Origin: Hypanus sabinus
Lineage: Eukaryota
Reading direction: 5' to 3'
NCBI RefSeq assembly: GCF_030144855.1
Contig: NW_026781254.1
Span: 124,001 to 188,000, forward strand
DNA: 64,000 nucleotides
The position numbers were made by a program, and so were the translations under genes. Of the stretch, positions 63,100-64,000 are shown piece after piece. Position 1 is the first letter of the stretch, and each line of letters starts with the position of its first letter. The notes beneath the pieces were generated by a model. It saw only the letters and a program-made list of their open reading frames with translations. It had not been told where the DNA came from and did not search any database.

Positions 63100-64000
63100 T
63101 TAGCGATAGTCAGTATGGACCAGTGCGCAGCAGGTCATGTCTAACCAATCTCACAGAGCTTTACGAGGTAGTTACCAGGAATGGTGTGGAAGGCAAGGCA
63201 GTGGATGCCGTCTAACAGGGACTTCAGCAAGGAATTTCTCAAGGTCCTGTCGTGGAGGATGCTCGAGAAGGTTCAGTCGCTTGGCTTTCACGATTAGGTG
63301 GTAAATGGGATTCGCCATTGGGTACGTTGGGGAAGCTAGAGTGTGGTAATGGATGGTTGTCTCTCTGACTGGGGACCTGTGACTGGAGGAGTGCCGCAGG
63401 GATCGTTGCTGTGTACGTTGTTATTTGTAATCTACAGCAACGATCTCTATAAAAATGTCATTATCTAGATCACCAAATTAGCCGATGACACCAGCATCCT
63501 GGGTGTAGTCCAGAGCGAGGAAGACTCCCGGAGCATCAGGCGGGATCTGGACCAGCTGGAGAGATGGGCTGTAAGATGGCAGATAGGATTTAGCCCAGGC
63601 AAATGTTGGATGTTGCACCTTGAGAGGACCATCCAGGGTTGGTCTGACACAATGAGAAATAGGGCACTGAGGAGTACGATAGAAGAAACGAATCTGGGAA
63701 TGCAGGTCCATATTCAATGACAGCTGCCGCGCAGTTAGACAGGGTCGTAAAAATAAGCTTTTCTCACATTTAACTTCATAGACGTAAGTACTGAGTACAG
63801 GAGTAATGAGGCCCAATTTGGACTATTGTGTGCGGTTGGGCTCAACTACCTACAGGAATGATGTAAATAAGTTTGAAAGAATATAGAAAAATATAACACT
63901 GTTAATACCGGGGCTGGTTATATTGAATTGAAAGGAAAGATTACATATGTTAGCCCTTCATTCCCGAGCGAGTAGAAGACTGAGAGGAGATTTGATAGAG
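63100..64000 (+). mobile_element. Decayed CR1 RT fragment(s), running off the window
   Basis: ggagtgccgcagggatcg (GVPQGS) and gccgatgacacc (ADDT); 63800-64000 is paralogous to 56590-56790. Confidence 0.8.

Overview
Eukaryotic, repeat-rich vertebrate DNA. The repeat repertoire and gene families point to a cartilaginous fish, probably a ray; this is inference from memory of the families, not a database hit. (1) A + strand NACHT-LRR (NLR) immune receptor gene that can be spliced by hand from 9 phase-compatible exons (664-32410) into an uninterrupted ORF of about 898 aa: putative CARD-like N-terminus, FISNA-like linker, NACHT, and ribonuclease-inhibitor-type LRRs. Its introns hold nested transposons (Tc1, several CR1, L1, L2, Gypsy, solo LTRs, a SINE). 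(2) A purine/pyrimidine-skewed low-complexity zone (about 33.9-36.9 kb) containing two exon-like islands, with a promoter-like island just beyond it, possibly from an unidentified minus-strand gene relic. (3) A decayed-TE zone: near full-length CR1, Penelope, chromodomain Gypsy, Rex1/Babar and a Gmr1-like INT-before-RT Gypsy. (4) A tandem segmental duplication with two minus-strand GPR139-like class A GPCR copies, each disabled by different lesions, and the apparent start of a third unit at the right edge. No prokaryotic features, CRISPR arrays, rRNA or tRNA genes were found.
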